A DNA stretch of 62,703 nt, taken from positions 80,819,680 through 80,882,382 of the forward strand of contig NC_068983.1 of assembly GCF_001194135.2 (NCBI RefSeq), written 5' to 3'. The notes under the pieces were generated by a model that was not told the DNA's origin, did no database searches, and saw only the letters and a program-made list of their open reading frames with translations. The translations under genes were made by a program, and so were the position numbers. Position 1 is the stretch's first letter; each line of letters starts with the position of its first letter. This stretch comes from Octopus bimaculoides. Taxonomy: Eukaryota. Positions 51,808 to 62,703 of the stretch are shown piece after piece.

Positions 51808-52114
51808 ATCATCATCATCATCGTCATCGTTTAATGTCCGCTTTCCATGCTAGCATGGGTTGGACGATTTGACTGAGGACTGGTGAAACCGGATGGCAAC
51901 ACCAGGCTCCAGTCTGATTTGGCAGAGTTTCTACAGCTGGATGCCCTTCCTAACGCCAACCACTCAGAGAGTGTAGTGGGTGCTTTTACGTGTCACCCGC
52001 ACGAAAACGGCCACGCTCGAAATGGTGTCTTTTATGTGCCACCCGCACAAGCCAGTCCAGGGGCACTGGCAACGATCTCGCTCGAAAATCCTACAGGAGC
52101 CAGTCAGGTGGTAC
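51808..52114 (-). mobile_element. Young RTE LINE 3' end
   Basis: Reverse complement of 50604-50890 with 2 mismatches; runs into an N gap. Confidence 0.92.
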
Positions 52115-53039
52115 NNNNNNNNNNNNNNNNNNNNNNNNNNNNNNNNNNNNNNNNNNNNNNNNNNNNNNNNNNNNNNNNNNNNNNNNNNNNNNNNNNNNNN
52201 NNNNNNNNNNNNNNNNNNNNNNNNNNNNNNNNNNNNNNNNNNNNNNNNNNNNNNNNNNNNNNNNNNNNNNNNNNNNNNNNNNNNNNNNNNNNNNNNNNNN
52301 NNNNNNNNNNNNNNNNNNNNNNNNNNNNNNNNNNNNNNNNNNNNNNNNNNNNNNNNNNNNNNNNNNNNNNNNNNNNNNNNNNNNNNNNNNNNNNNNNNNN
52401 NNNNNNNNNNNNNNNNNNNNNNNNNNNNNNNNNNNNNNNNNNNNNNNNNNNNNNNNNNNNNNNNNNNNNNNNNNNNNNNNNNNNNNNNNNNNNNNNNNNN
52501 NNNNNNNNNNNNNNNNNNNNNNNNNNNNNNNNNNNNNNNNNNNNNNNNNNNNNNNNNNNNNNNNNNNNNNNNNNNNNNNNNNNNNNNNNNNNNNNNNNNN
52601 NNNNNNNNNNNNNNNNNNNNNNNNNNNNNNNNNNNNNNNNNNNNNNNNNNNNNNNNNNNNNNNNNNNNNNNNNNNNNNNNNNNNNNNNNNNNNNNNNNNN
52701 NNNNNNNNNNNNNNNNNNNNNNNNNNNNNNNNNNNNNNNNNNNNNNNNNNNNNNNNNNNNNNNNNNNNNNNNNNNNNNNNNNNNNNNNNNNNNNNNNNNN
52801 NNNNNNNNNNNNNNNNNNNNNNNNNNNNNNNNNNNNNNNNNNNNNNNNNNNNNNNNNNNNNNNNNNNNNNNNNNNNNNNNNNNNNNNNNNNNNNNNNNNN
52901 NNNNNNNNNNNNNNNNNNNNNNNNNNNNNNNNNNNNNNNNNNNNNNNNNNNNNNNNNNNNNNNNNNNNNNNNNNNNNNNNNNNNNNNNNNNNNNNNNNNN
53001 NNNNNNNNNNNNNNNNNNNNNNNNNNNNNNNNNNNNNNN
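52115..53039. other. Assembly gap (largest of many N runs)
   Basis: N run flanked by a young RTE copy and a young SINE B copy, consistent with unresolved repeats. Confidence 0.98.
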
Positions 53040-53367
53040 GTTTCGATTCCCAGACCGGGCGTTGTGAGTGTTTATTGAGTGAAAACACTTAAAGCTCCAC
53101 GAGGCTCCGGCAGGGGATGATGGCGAACCCTGCTGTACTCTTTCACCACAACTTTCTCTCACTCTTACTTCCTGTTTCTGTTGTACCTGTATTTGAACGG
53201 GCCAGCCTTGTCACACTGTGTCACGCTGAATATCCCCGAGAATTACGTTAAGGGTACACGTGTCTGTGGAGTGCTCAGCCACTTGCACATTAATTTCATG
53301 AGCAGGCTGTTCTGTTGATCGGATCAACTGGAACCCTCGAAGTCGTAAGCGACGGAGTGCCAACAAC
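53040..53367 (+). mobile_element. SINE family B, 5' end in gap
   Basis: High identity to 11487-11838. Confidence 0.88.
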
Positions 53368-53599
53368 ATATGTATGTATATATCAGTGGCATGTGGTGAT
53401 CGTTGTATTGGGTGTCATGCCACACTCAATGCTATCAAATTTCAAATAAGTTTTCCATTAAGATTTGGGATTAAATTAATGATTAAGGTTAATATTTATA
53501 ATGAATTTACCATTTCTGGTGGGTGTGCAGTGCACACCTAGCACACCTGGTATGTATGTATATGTATTTGTGTTTGACTAGTTATGGGAACATACTACT

Positions 53600-53770
53600 T
53601 TGGTTGGTAAAAGATAAGGGTTGGTGATAAAAAGGGCAGTTGGTCGTAAGACAATCTGCCTCAGCTAATTCTGTATGGAAATGTGGCTGTTAAATGATGA
53701 TGCTGATGATGATGACGATGATGATGATGATGATGACGATGATGACAAAGACGACGACAATGATGATGAT
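53600..53770 (+). mobile_element. Old RTE-type tail with expanded (GAT/GAC)n
   Basis: GGGTTGGTGATAAAAAGGGCA...CATGG-like segment...TTAAATGATGATG. Confidence 0.5.
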
Positions 53771-53794
53771 TGAGAATTTCGATTTCTTTTATTC

Positions 53795-54000
53795 TTTTAT
53801 TCTTTTACTTGTTTCAGTCATATAACTGTGACTATGTGGGAGCACTGTCTCGAAGGATTTTAGTCAAACAAATCGATCCCAGGACTTATTTTTTAAGTCT
53901 AGTACTTATTCTATCGGTCCCTTTTGTTGACCTGCTAAGTTATGGGGATGTAAGCACACCATTACCAGTTGTCAAGCAGTGATGGAGGACAAACACAAAC
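53795..54000 (-). mobile_element. SINE family D 3' half
   Basis: CTTTTACTTGTTTCAGTCA...CTAGTACTTATTCTATCGGTC...GTTGTCAAGCAG. Confidence 0.8.
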
Positions 54001-54107
<107 letters not shown>

Positions 54108-54206
54108 ATTAGGGATAAAATCCAAAATTACAGGTAAAAACTCAATTAAAATCAATTTATTAAAAATTAAAATTAAATTAAGTTTCACAGAGTAAAATAT
54201 ATATAA

Positions 54207-54370
54207 ATATATAGTTTTAGAGAAAAGAACCAAGGTTCATGGACTCATCGATGAAAATCCACTGTCACATACAGAAAAATTAATAATTAATTATTAATTT
54301 TTCTATATGTGACTGTGGATTTTTATCAATGAGTCGATGAACCTTGGTTCTTTTCTCTAAAACTATATAT
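54207..54370. repeat. 164-bp spacerless palindrome
   Basis: 82-bp arms with 5 mismatches; the central 30 bp GAAAAATTAATAATTAATTATTAATTTTTC is self-complementary. Confidence 0.95.
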
Positions 54371-54509
54371 ATATATATGTTGTTGTACTTGGGGATGGTC
54401 ATATTGCCAGTTTAGCCAATAAAAACACACGCACTGTATATTTGGTGTTAATTTGCTTCAGCTTTATATTACATTAATCTTATATATATATATATATATA
54501 TATACATAC

Positions 54510-54672
54510 ATGAGAAGCTTCTTTCAGTTTCCATCTATCAAATCCACTCGCAAGGCTTTGATTGTCCCAAGGCTATAGTAGAAGACACTCGTCTAAAGTG
54601 TCACACAGTGGGACTGAACCTCGAACCATGTGGTTGGGAAGCAGGCTTCTTACCATACAGCCATGCCTGCAC
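54510..54672 (-). mobile_element. SINE family D head
   Basis: GCTTCTTTCAGTTTCC...GCTATAGTAGAAGACAC...CTTACCATACAGCCATGCCTGCACC. Confidence 0.82.
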
Positions 54673-54983
54673 CTAATGCCCATAATTTTATCTTGTTTTG
54701 GTGTAAAGGGATGCAAGTTAACATGATGTTTACACTTGTACACATAGATACACAAATACATAAACACAGAGAGAGTGGAGGGGAAGAGATAGAGGGGGAG
54801 GAAGAAAGATGGAGAGAGAGAGAGAGAGAGAGGATGAAATAGACAGAGTGCTAACAACTACATATGTGTGAGAATGTTTGCATTATGTATATAGTAAGCG
54901 TGAGGATAAAATTTGTTGTTTTAAATTTCATATATATGTAGTCTTAGTTCCTCTTATTTTATGCTATCATAAGTTGTTCATAG

Positions 54984-54992
54984 AACCTGGTG
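54984..54992 (+). CDS. Candidate 9-nt microexon AACCTGGTG, (E)-P-G in phase 1
   Basis: Pyrimidine-rich upstream tract, ttgttcatag acceptor, consensus GTG/gtaagt donor, frame-preserving length. Confidence 0.25.
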
Positions 54993-55491
54993 GTAAGTAA
55001 GATATTCAAACTGCAGTACACTGGATTGGTCAACAAAGTTCATTACAGCTGTAGATAAATGAAGGGAATCTCTATACAACTGCTTAGTGTGCTAAAAATA
55101 GCAGCCAAATCTTCCTAAAATCTCACCCTATTGCATGTTGGCAAATGCAGTTTTGATACATCTATCTCACAATTTAAAATTTAATAGGCTTGCTCCAGAA
55201 CAACTCCTCTTAACATGTTCACATGTAGACAATCAAGAATGGCAAATTTTTCCTTCTGTCTCTTCCTCAGTTACATCAAAGTAATTTGATTGTGAGCATG
55301 TAGTAAATATCCTCTCCAAATGGTGTTTGAACTCACACTTAACAAACAGCTTAATGTCTCTGATTGAAAAATACATTCTAAAGTCTTACTGTCTATGACT
55401 ATGAATTCCAGCCAATTACTATTTAATTATCTAAGTCTCAAAAATATAAAAGGGGAAAGGAGCTGAAAAGAATTAGAAATTTAAGTATATA

Positions 55492-55710
55492 CAAGTGAGT
55501 GTTGAAAAGTTCTTGGCTTTAAGGGTATCATGAAAGGCCTGGTTGGAGGCCTGACCTTCTGAGTTCTTTTACAGGGCTTAGAAAAACTGAAGGATGGCTG
55601 CAATAAATGTGTGAATCTGAGACGGGAATATGCTGAATAAAATCATAATTAACTGATCCTCCTGTATTTTCTTTTACCCAACGCCAGGAACTTTTCAGCA
55701 CCCTCTCATG
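55492..55710 (+). mobile_element. Mariner-derived MITE retaining the transposase C-terminal codons
   Basis: TIRs GAGTGTTGAAAAGTTCTTGGC / GCCAGGAACTTTTCAGCACCCTC; internal GLEKLKDGCNKCVNLRREYAE*. Confidence 0.75.
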
Positions 55711-56052
55711 TGTGTGTGTGTGTATATACATATATATATATACATATATACNNNNNNNNNNNNNNNNNNNNNNNNNNNNNNNNNNNNNNNNNNNNNNNNN
55801 NNNNNNNNNNNNNNNNNNNNNNNNNNNNNNNNNNNNNNNNNNNNNNNNNNNNNNNNNNNNNNNNNNNNNNNNNNNNNNNNNNNNNNNNNNNNNNNNNNNN
55901 NNNNNNNNNNNNNNNNNNNNNNNNNNNNNNNNNNNNNNNNNNNNNNNNNNNNNNNNNNNNNNNNNNNNNNNNNNNNNNNNNNNNNNNNNNNNNNNNNNNN
56001 NNNNNNNNNNNNNNNNNNNNNNNNNNNNNNNNNNNNNNATATATATACACAA

Positions 56053-56096
<44 letters not shown>

Positions 56097-56194
56097 GTTA
56101 ATAGTAATGGTAAGACAATAAAAGAATGAAAGAGACTTCAATATTATGTAAATAGAGGAATTTATTTGTAATAGAATATGTGACAATTAGTTGG

Positions 56195-56269
56195 TTGCCA
56201 TGATAAAACTCCGAGTTTCGGATGTCGGGGTAGAAACCTGCACCGGCATCTCTTCAGTTATTGAGGCAA
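56195..56269 (-). ncRNA. Type I hammerhead ribozyme candidate (best in window)
   Basis: UUGCC-UCA-AUAA CUGAAGA GAUGCCGGUGCAG-GUUU-CUACCCCGACAUC C GAAA CUC-G-GAG UU^ UUAU-CAU-GGCAA. All core nucleotides present; stems I, II and III can pair. Confidence 0.65.
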
Positions 56270-57029
56270 TTAAAATATGCTATGAAAATGACCATTAAAC
56301 AAAAGGAAATTACTATGTAAATGACTGTTATTAAAACAAATGAGTTATTAGAATGACTGTTAACTAAGGGAAAAAACTGAAGGGGAGGAAGTAAAAAGTA
56401 AAAGGTAGAGGAGTAAGAAAGCTCATAGCAATCACATGTGCATGCATTTACATGCATACACATGTACGCATGCACACCCACGTACATGTGCCTATATGCA
56501 TATCTTCACTCAGACTCACATGAAACATACACATATGTCAAATAAATGCACATATATATGCAACCAGGCATGTACATGAATAGAAATCCACATACACGTG
56601 CACACACACACACACACACACATGCACATACCCATATGTACACAGTTATATTCAAATACACATACGTGCACACACTCACACACATGCATGTAACCATACA
56701 CACACAGTTATATTCAAATGCATGTCTAAAAACATACATGCTATACGTGCATATGCTCACTTACACTCGCGTACCTGCACACATGTGCACACACACACAC
56801 ATAAAAATTTCATATACACGTTTATATATGCACATGCACAAGAAAATGCAGGGTAGAAGGTAAAATACAGGAAGAAAGGTGTAAAAATATATAAGGCAAT
56901 AAAAATATAAAAATATATCTCTATAAATATGTAAAAATTATGTAAAAAATATATAAGAAATATATATAAAAAGTATAGAGAGATAAAAAGCTTGTACATG
57001 GACACAATATAAAAAGCAAGTTCTATCTG

Positions 57030-57990
57030 TGATCTTGGGGGGACTAAACACGTAACAAATATTTAGCCACATGTGGACATGATCCAAAAAGTTCAGTTCT
57101 TGAATTTAGACATGTGGTGAGGTCTAAGCTGCTTTTCCAGATGAACCATCTTTCCATATCACAAAGACCATATTTACCACTGCCGCTGGTGTAAGGTTTA
57201 CACTTGGTTAAGATCTTCCAATGGATGTTGTAACTGACACCTTTATCTTTTAAGGACCAAATGTGACTGGATAATTTGGTCGTTTTCCTTTTATCCCAGT
57301 GGCTGAAGCTCAAGGTGTGATTATTGAATACACACATATATACATACATACATACANNNNNNNNNNNNNNNNNNNNNNNNNNNNNNNNNNNNNNNNNNNN
57401 NNNNNNNNNNNNNNNNNNNNNNNNNNNNNNNNNNNNNNNNNNNNNNNNNNNNNNNNNNNNNNNNNNNNNNNNNNNNNNNNNNNNNNNNNNNNNNNNNNNN
57501 NNNNNNNNNNNNNNNNNNNNNNNNNNNNNNNNNNNNNNATATATATATATATATACATTTAAATTTGACATGGGCGATTCTTTCTTGTCTTGAGATACAT
57601 GGTCAAACAGGTGGGTGGAATTTAGTGAAAAATTACACAGATGTGTAGAATGATCCGGTGGTGATGCTGGGTTTTGTATTTCAGAATGAATCCACATGTG
57701 CCACACCACAGCACATTAGCAGATAGTTTTCACTCCATTTGCATTATAAGTCGTAAACCAGGGATTTAATCCATTTCAGAACGATCCCCATCTGCTTGGA
57801 TCATAGTGTTAAAAAGCCACAATAATTGTGAAATGTCGATATCTACCTCTCTTAGATTTATTCTGAGGTGTGTTGACTCACCTGGTCTATGACATTCAGG
57901 TGTTCTTTAACATTCAACATTATACAGGAAGCTTCCTCAGATGCTATCTTGCAGCAAGTTCGGCATATAAGCAAAACACACACTCAGTGC
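57030..57990 (-). mobile_element. Penelope-like element remnant with GIY-YIG endonuclease C-terminus
   Basis: NHTLSFSHWDKRKTTKLSSHIWSLKDKG..IHWKIL..KPY.SGS....C..E..FI....LNSRTELFGSCPH.AKYLL* (57044-57335), with upstream FAYMPNL. Split by microsatellite and gap. Confidence 0.75.
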
Positions 57991-58041
57991 ATGTGCAATT
58001 GGTAATGTTTACATTACTAGAGCTGCTTTTAATTCATAATT

Positions 58042-58074
<33 letters not shown>

Positions 58075-58077
<3 letters not shown>

Positions 58078-58360
58078 GGGGTGACATGAAATGGGACTGA
58101 ACCCAAAATCATGTAGTTGAGAAGCAAATTTCCCAACCACACATCACACCTGCACCTATATATATTTATATGTATGTACATATATACACACATACACACA
58201 CAAACATATGACAAACTTCTACATAGTTTCCATCTACTAAATTCATTTACAACTCATTGTGTAAGCTCAGCTCAAGGCTGTTTGCCCAAGGTGATGCACA
58301 GTGGGATTGAACCTGAAACCACTTGGTTGCAAAGTGACCTTCTTAACCATATAATAGTAC

Positions 58361-58362
<2 letters not shown>
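58075..58362 (-). mobile_element. Two SINE family D head fragments
   Basis: GGGACTGAACCC...CCCAACCACACATCACACC and TGCCCAAGGTGATGCACAGTGGGATTGAACC. Confidence 0.7.
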
Positions 58363-58406
<44 letters not shown>

Positions 58407-58516
58407 NNNNNNNNNNNNNNNNNNNNNNNNNNNNNNNNNNNNNNNNNNNNNNNNNNNNNNNNNNNNNNNNNNNNNNNNNNNNNNNNNNNNNNNNNNNNNN
58501 NNNNNNNNNNNNNNNN

Positions 58517-58574
<58 letters not shown>

Positions 58575-59199
58575 TATATATTAAACACTTTTTAAATTGT
58601 TTTTTCTATATCAAATTCCAATTGCAAATGAAGAAGTCTCTATATAACTGTATGGCCTGCTAGAAATAACAATTGAATCTCCCTGAATTTATCACTATTA
58701 TCTTTAAAAATAGTGATGCAGTACAGCTGACAAAATAATAGGATGGTCATAGTTGGATTGTCTTTGATCAACAATAATCAGATTTTATACTCAATCATCG
58801 CCAAAATAAGTTCTGAAAGAAAGATCCATTTGTGAGCCAATCTTCCTTGCCTCACAGTAATCATTTCTTTAGTCATCAAAATAAAACATCGCATGAAGCC
58901 TATACTAACGATTAAGTTAAAATATATGATTAAGTTTAGCATCAAATTTGCTGACTTTAATCTCTATCTAAGAACAGTTTCCTCACCATAGCTGTTTCAT
59001 GGCAATAACTATAGCTGAAGTATTTTTTTGATTTTCATATAACTGCCAATTCAAGTTTTCATCAAAGAATTTGTCACATCCCAATTCCTTTCTTCCTCTT
59101 CCTCATTGACCTCATATTATTTACATGGATTTGAATCTCTTCCAATTATATACCAATGCCATTCTCTATACTATACATTCCTCTCTATCACACATATAT

Positions 59200-59204
59200 T
59201 TTTT

Positions 59205-59244
<40 letters not shown>

Positions 59245-59354
59245 AATCCTCAACCTTAAATAGCTCTAATAAAGAGCTTGAACACATTCTACAAAGAAGT
59301 TTCAAAATAAAATATGCACATACAAACATACATGTGTGCATACATATATACATG

Positions 59355-59430
<76 letters not shown>

Positions 59431-59662
59431 CAAACATTATGTATGTATGTATGTATGTATATATATATATACATATAGACACACATACAGAGTCATGCAT
59501 GCATGTGCATTTACACCTACCTACATAAACATATAAGCATAGGTACATAATTACATATAGATATGTATACACACACCTGAATATATGCATACTCATATAC
59601 ATACATAAATACTTATGTATATATATGTGTGTGTGTGTTTGTATGTATGTATGTGTGCATGC

Positions 59663-59732
<70 letters not shown>

Positions 59733-59787
59733 TGTAGGAAACATAAATCCGGGGAAGAAGCACACTCCAAGATGTAGAGCGAGCAGA

Positions 59788-59828
<41 letters not shown>

Positions 59829-60200
59829 TGTGTGTGCATGTATGTATATCTATGCATGCATATATCAACATATATCCATAAAAATATACACAGAAATTAC
59901 ATATCCATGTATGCCTATATAAACCTAGATACATGCATAGATACCTACATACACACACGTGCATTAATGCATACACACACACGCACACGCAGATATATAT
60001 ATTCAAACATGCAGGCATGTCTTCATACATACCTACTTAAACATTCATACATAAATATATATGTATATGCATAAATGAACATGCATATGGTTTACTTGCC
60101 TAATACTTACAAACATAAATGAAAAATAAATGCATATAAATATACACACATGTAAGGGAACATACATATACAGATATAATGTATATCATATATACATTAT
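59200..60200. repeat. Compound (TG)n/(CA)n/(TA)n microsatellite field
   Basis: Directly visible. Confidence 0.92.
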
Positions 60201-60428
60201 ATTACACGTTCTCATCATTCTTATAATGTTTGCTTTGAGCCATATTACTTATTTAGATTGGTGTGTAGATAGCCGGCATGCCTCTATAGCAAGCATGTGC
60301 TTAGTTGGTTAAGACATTTGATTCACAACCTTGTAGTTATGATTTTATGTCACTGCAAGATGTGTTAGACAAGTGTCTTTTACTATGTATTTAAGAATAT
60401 ATATACATTATATATATATATATGTCTA

Positions 60429-60662
60429 CAGTAATTCCTTGCCGTATTGTGGTTCAACTATCGCGGTTCACCTGTTGTAGCTTATTATTTAAGCTTACGT
60501 TGATTCCACCATGGTGTTGTTTTGCATTTATGATAAAATAAATATACACATATTACAAAAATAATTCAAAAAAAAATATACAGTACAGCACTGTTTCTAC
60601 TTCATGGATTTTCACCTATCGCGGGGCGTTTTGGAACATAACACCTGCAATAGTCGAAGAAT
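60429..60662. mobile_element. Tigger/pogo-like MITE
   Basis: TA then CAGTAATTCCTTGCCGTATTGTGG; collinear with 14523-14743; right TIR eroded. Confidence 0.7.
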
Positions 60663-60884
60663 TTAGATTGGTGTGTGGATACAAAGCGTGCCTCCATATT
60701 TTTGTTGGTTGAACCCATTCATTCCAATAATGAATTCCTGAGGAAAATCCTAATTTGTGATTTCAAAAGGATATTTTTCATTTTGCTTTGAATTAATTAG
60801 GCTTGGAAACAACTTGTATTGGTTTTGTACTAACTTTGAATTAAAGGAATGTCTACATTTATATTTTTCCCTTTCCTTATATTT

Positions 60885-60916
<32 letters not shown>

Positions 60917-61504
60917 TATATAAATGAGTAAATATTCAAATGAATACTTGTAAAGATGTTATTATTGTTATTATTATCAGCAGCAATTCTAAATACTTGA
61001 TAATAATAACAATAACATTAGTGGCAGCAAGCAATATTAGCATTAAATAGCTATACTATAAATTCATAATTATAATAAAGGGTACACGAAGCATCAGCTG
61101 GCTAAAAAATAAAGTCAAAACCCCCGGCTTATCCACCAATCTCACAGAAAATATGCTATGGACCAGCAGGAATCGGGCAAATGAATTTGGCGCATGACTA
61201 TTCAAAACATAGTGGATTATGTGGCAAGATGGATTTTTCAATGTAGGAGTGGCAAGACCAGCTGATGAGAATTAAGGCACTAGCCAGAATTTGAAATCAT
61301 AATCTGTTACCTCATTCTACAGCTTTCTAGCTGAGATAGTATGTTTAATTCTGCTCGTTTGCTCAATTTCTACCAAAGTTAGACAACAGTCCTAACTAAG
61401 AAGACATTTGCTCAAAAGTCTTATTACTTAACTCAGGGTCTATTTGACAGTCACATGGTTCTTGGGTTGAACCAGCAACCACGTTAATGTGACACAAACT
61501 AATA

Positions 61505-61625
61505 CATTTTATCTTTTGTCTTTTACTTGTTGCGGTCATTGGACTGCAGCCATGCTGGGTCACTTCCCTGAAGAACTTTCAGTCGAATGAATCAATTTCA
61601 GCATCATTTATTTTTAAAGCCTGTA
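61505..61625 (-). mobile_element. SINE family D 3' end
   Basis: CTTTTACTTGTT..GGTCATTGGACTGCAGCCATGCTGGG. Confidence 0.7.
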
Positions 61626-61628
61626 CTT

Positions 61629-61663
<35 letters not shown>

Positions 61664-62385
61664 TATGTATATACATGATGGGCTTCTTTCAGTTTGCTAT
61701 GTAACAAGAGGAAAATGTCGCCTTTTCTTACTTACAATAGTGAATATGATTTCAGTTTACATCTGATTTGACTTATAAATCTTCTGAATATTTAATAATT
61801 ATGAGAGCCAATTTTCAACTGGACCTAAAATGTATTATAGAAAAAATGTTTCTGTTTTCTAAAATGTGCAATAGTTTATAGCAGTTGTTAATGTGATTTA
61901 AGAAAAGAAAAAAAAAAAAAATGAAATCAATATGATATCACAGCTGGAAATTTCTTCAAAGTAACAAGAAATATAAATATTTACAGAGAATGTAAGTTTA
62001 AATAAATTTGCATGCATGTAGACAAACTCATTTAACATTCAAATGTATACTTCACTAAAAATATGAGAACAAGCTTTAATTTTTTCAAATGGAGAAATAT
62101 ACATATCTTTAAGATGTTGTTTGAGAACATGAGTTTATTTGATAGTCTGTGATGTATGATAGATTTAAAACAAACAATCATGACAGCATATAAGCAAAAC
62201 TGTGTAATAGATGTGCAAAATAGATGTGTGTGTGTGCGCGCGTGCACGTGTGTGTGTGTGTTGCATTTTTTATAAGAGAAACATGATTGGAGGATGAGAT
62301 ATGGAATAATAATGTTGAAACATTGCATTAAAATTAATGATTCTGGGTTCAACCCTGCTGATGTATGTAGATATAAATATCTTTC

Positions 62386-62436
<51 letters not shown>

Positions 62437-62442
62437 TCATAT

Positions 62443-62703
62443 ATCATCATCATCATCATCATCGTTTAACGTCCGCTTTCCATGCTAGCATGGGTTGGAC
62501 GATTTGACTGAGGACTGGTGCAACCGGATGGCTACACCAGGCTCCAATCTAATTTGGCAGAGTTTCTACAGCTGGATGCCCTTCCTAACGCCAACCACTC
62601 TGAGAGTGTAGTGGGTGCTTTTACGTGTCACCCGCACGAAAATGGCCACGCTCGAAATGGTGTCTTTTATGTGCCACCCGCACAAGAGCCAGTCCAGGGG
62701 CAC
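62443..62703 (-). mobile_element. Young RTE LINE 3' end, continues beyond window
   Basis: (ATC)n tail, then about 97% identity by eye to 51828-52114. Confidence 0.9.

Overview
AT-rich, repeat-saturated eukaryotic non-coding DNA with many N gaps, most of them flanked by (TA)n. The SINE/LINE repertoire and microsatellite load point to an octopus genome (inferred, not verified). No intact protein-coding gene is recognisable; nearly all listed ORFs are microsatellite translations or antisense reads of repeats. Supported content: several tRNA-derived SINE families (CORE-type and others), young and old RTE LINE 3' ends with (GAT)n tails, three degraded RLE (R4/Dong-like) LINE pieces, a CR1-like LINE fragment, a Gypsy gag remnant, Penelope-like (PLE) remnants including a GIY-YIG endonuclease C-terminus, two DD34D-type mariners, a DD37D Tc1/mariner, and mariner, Tigger-like and piggyBac-like MITEs. 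Most interesting: (i) several distinct type I hammerhead ribozyme folds, three with intact core motifs (12655-12711 +, 40273-40318 +, 56195-56269 -), one downstream of the PLE endonuclease on the same strand; (ii) an RTE (GAT)n-tailed copy inserted exactly at the ATG-GAT-GAT (MDD) catalytic codons of another LINE's reverse transcriptase; (iii) a 287-bp, 2-mismatch inverted pair of young RTE copies; (iv) a 164-bp spacerless palindrome; (v) a few low-confidence frame-preserving small exons on the + strand. All alignments and folds were done by eye.
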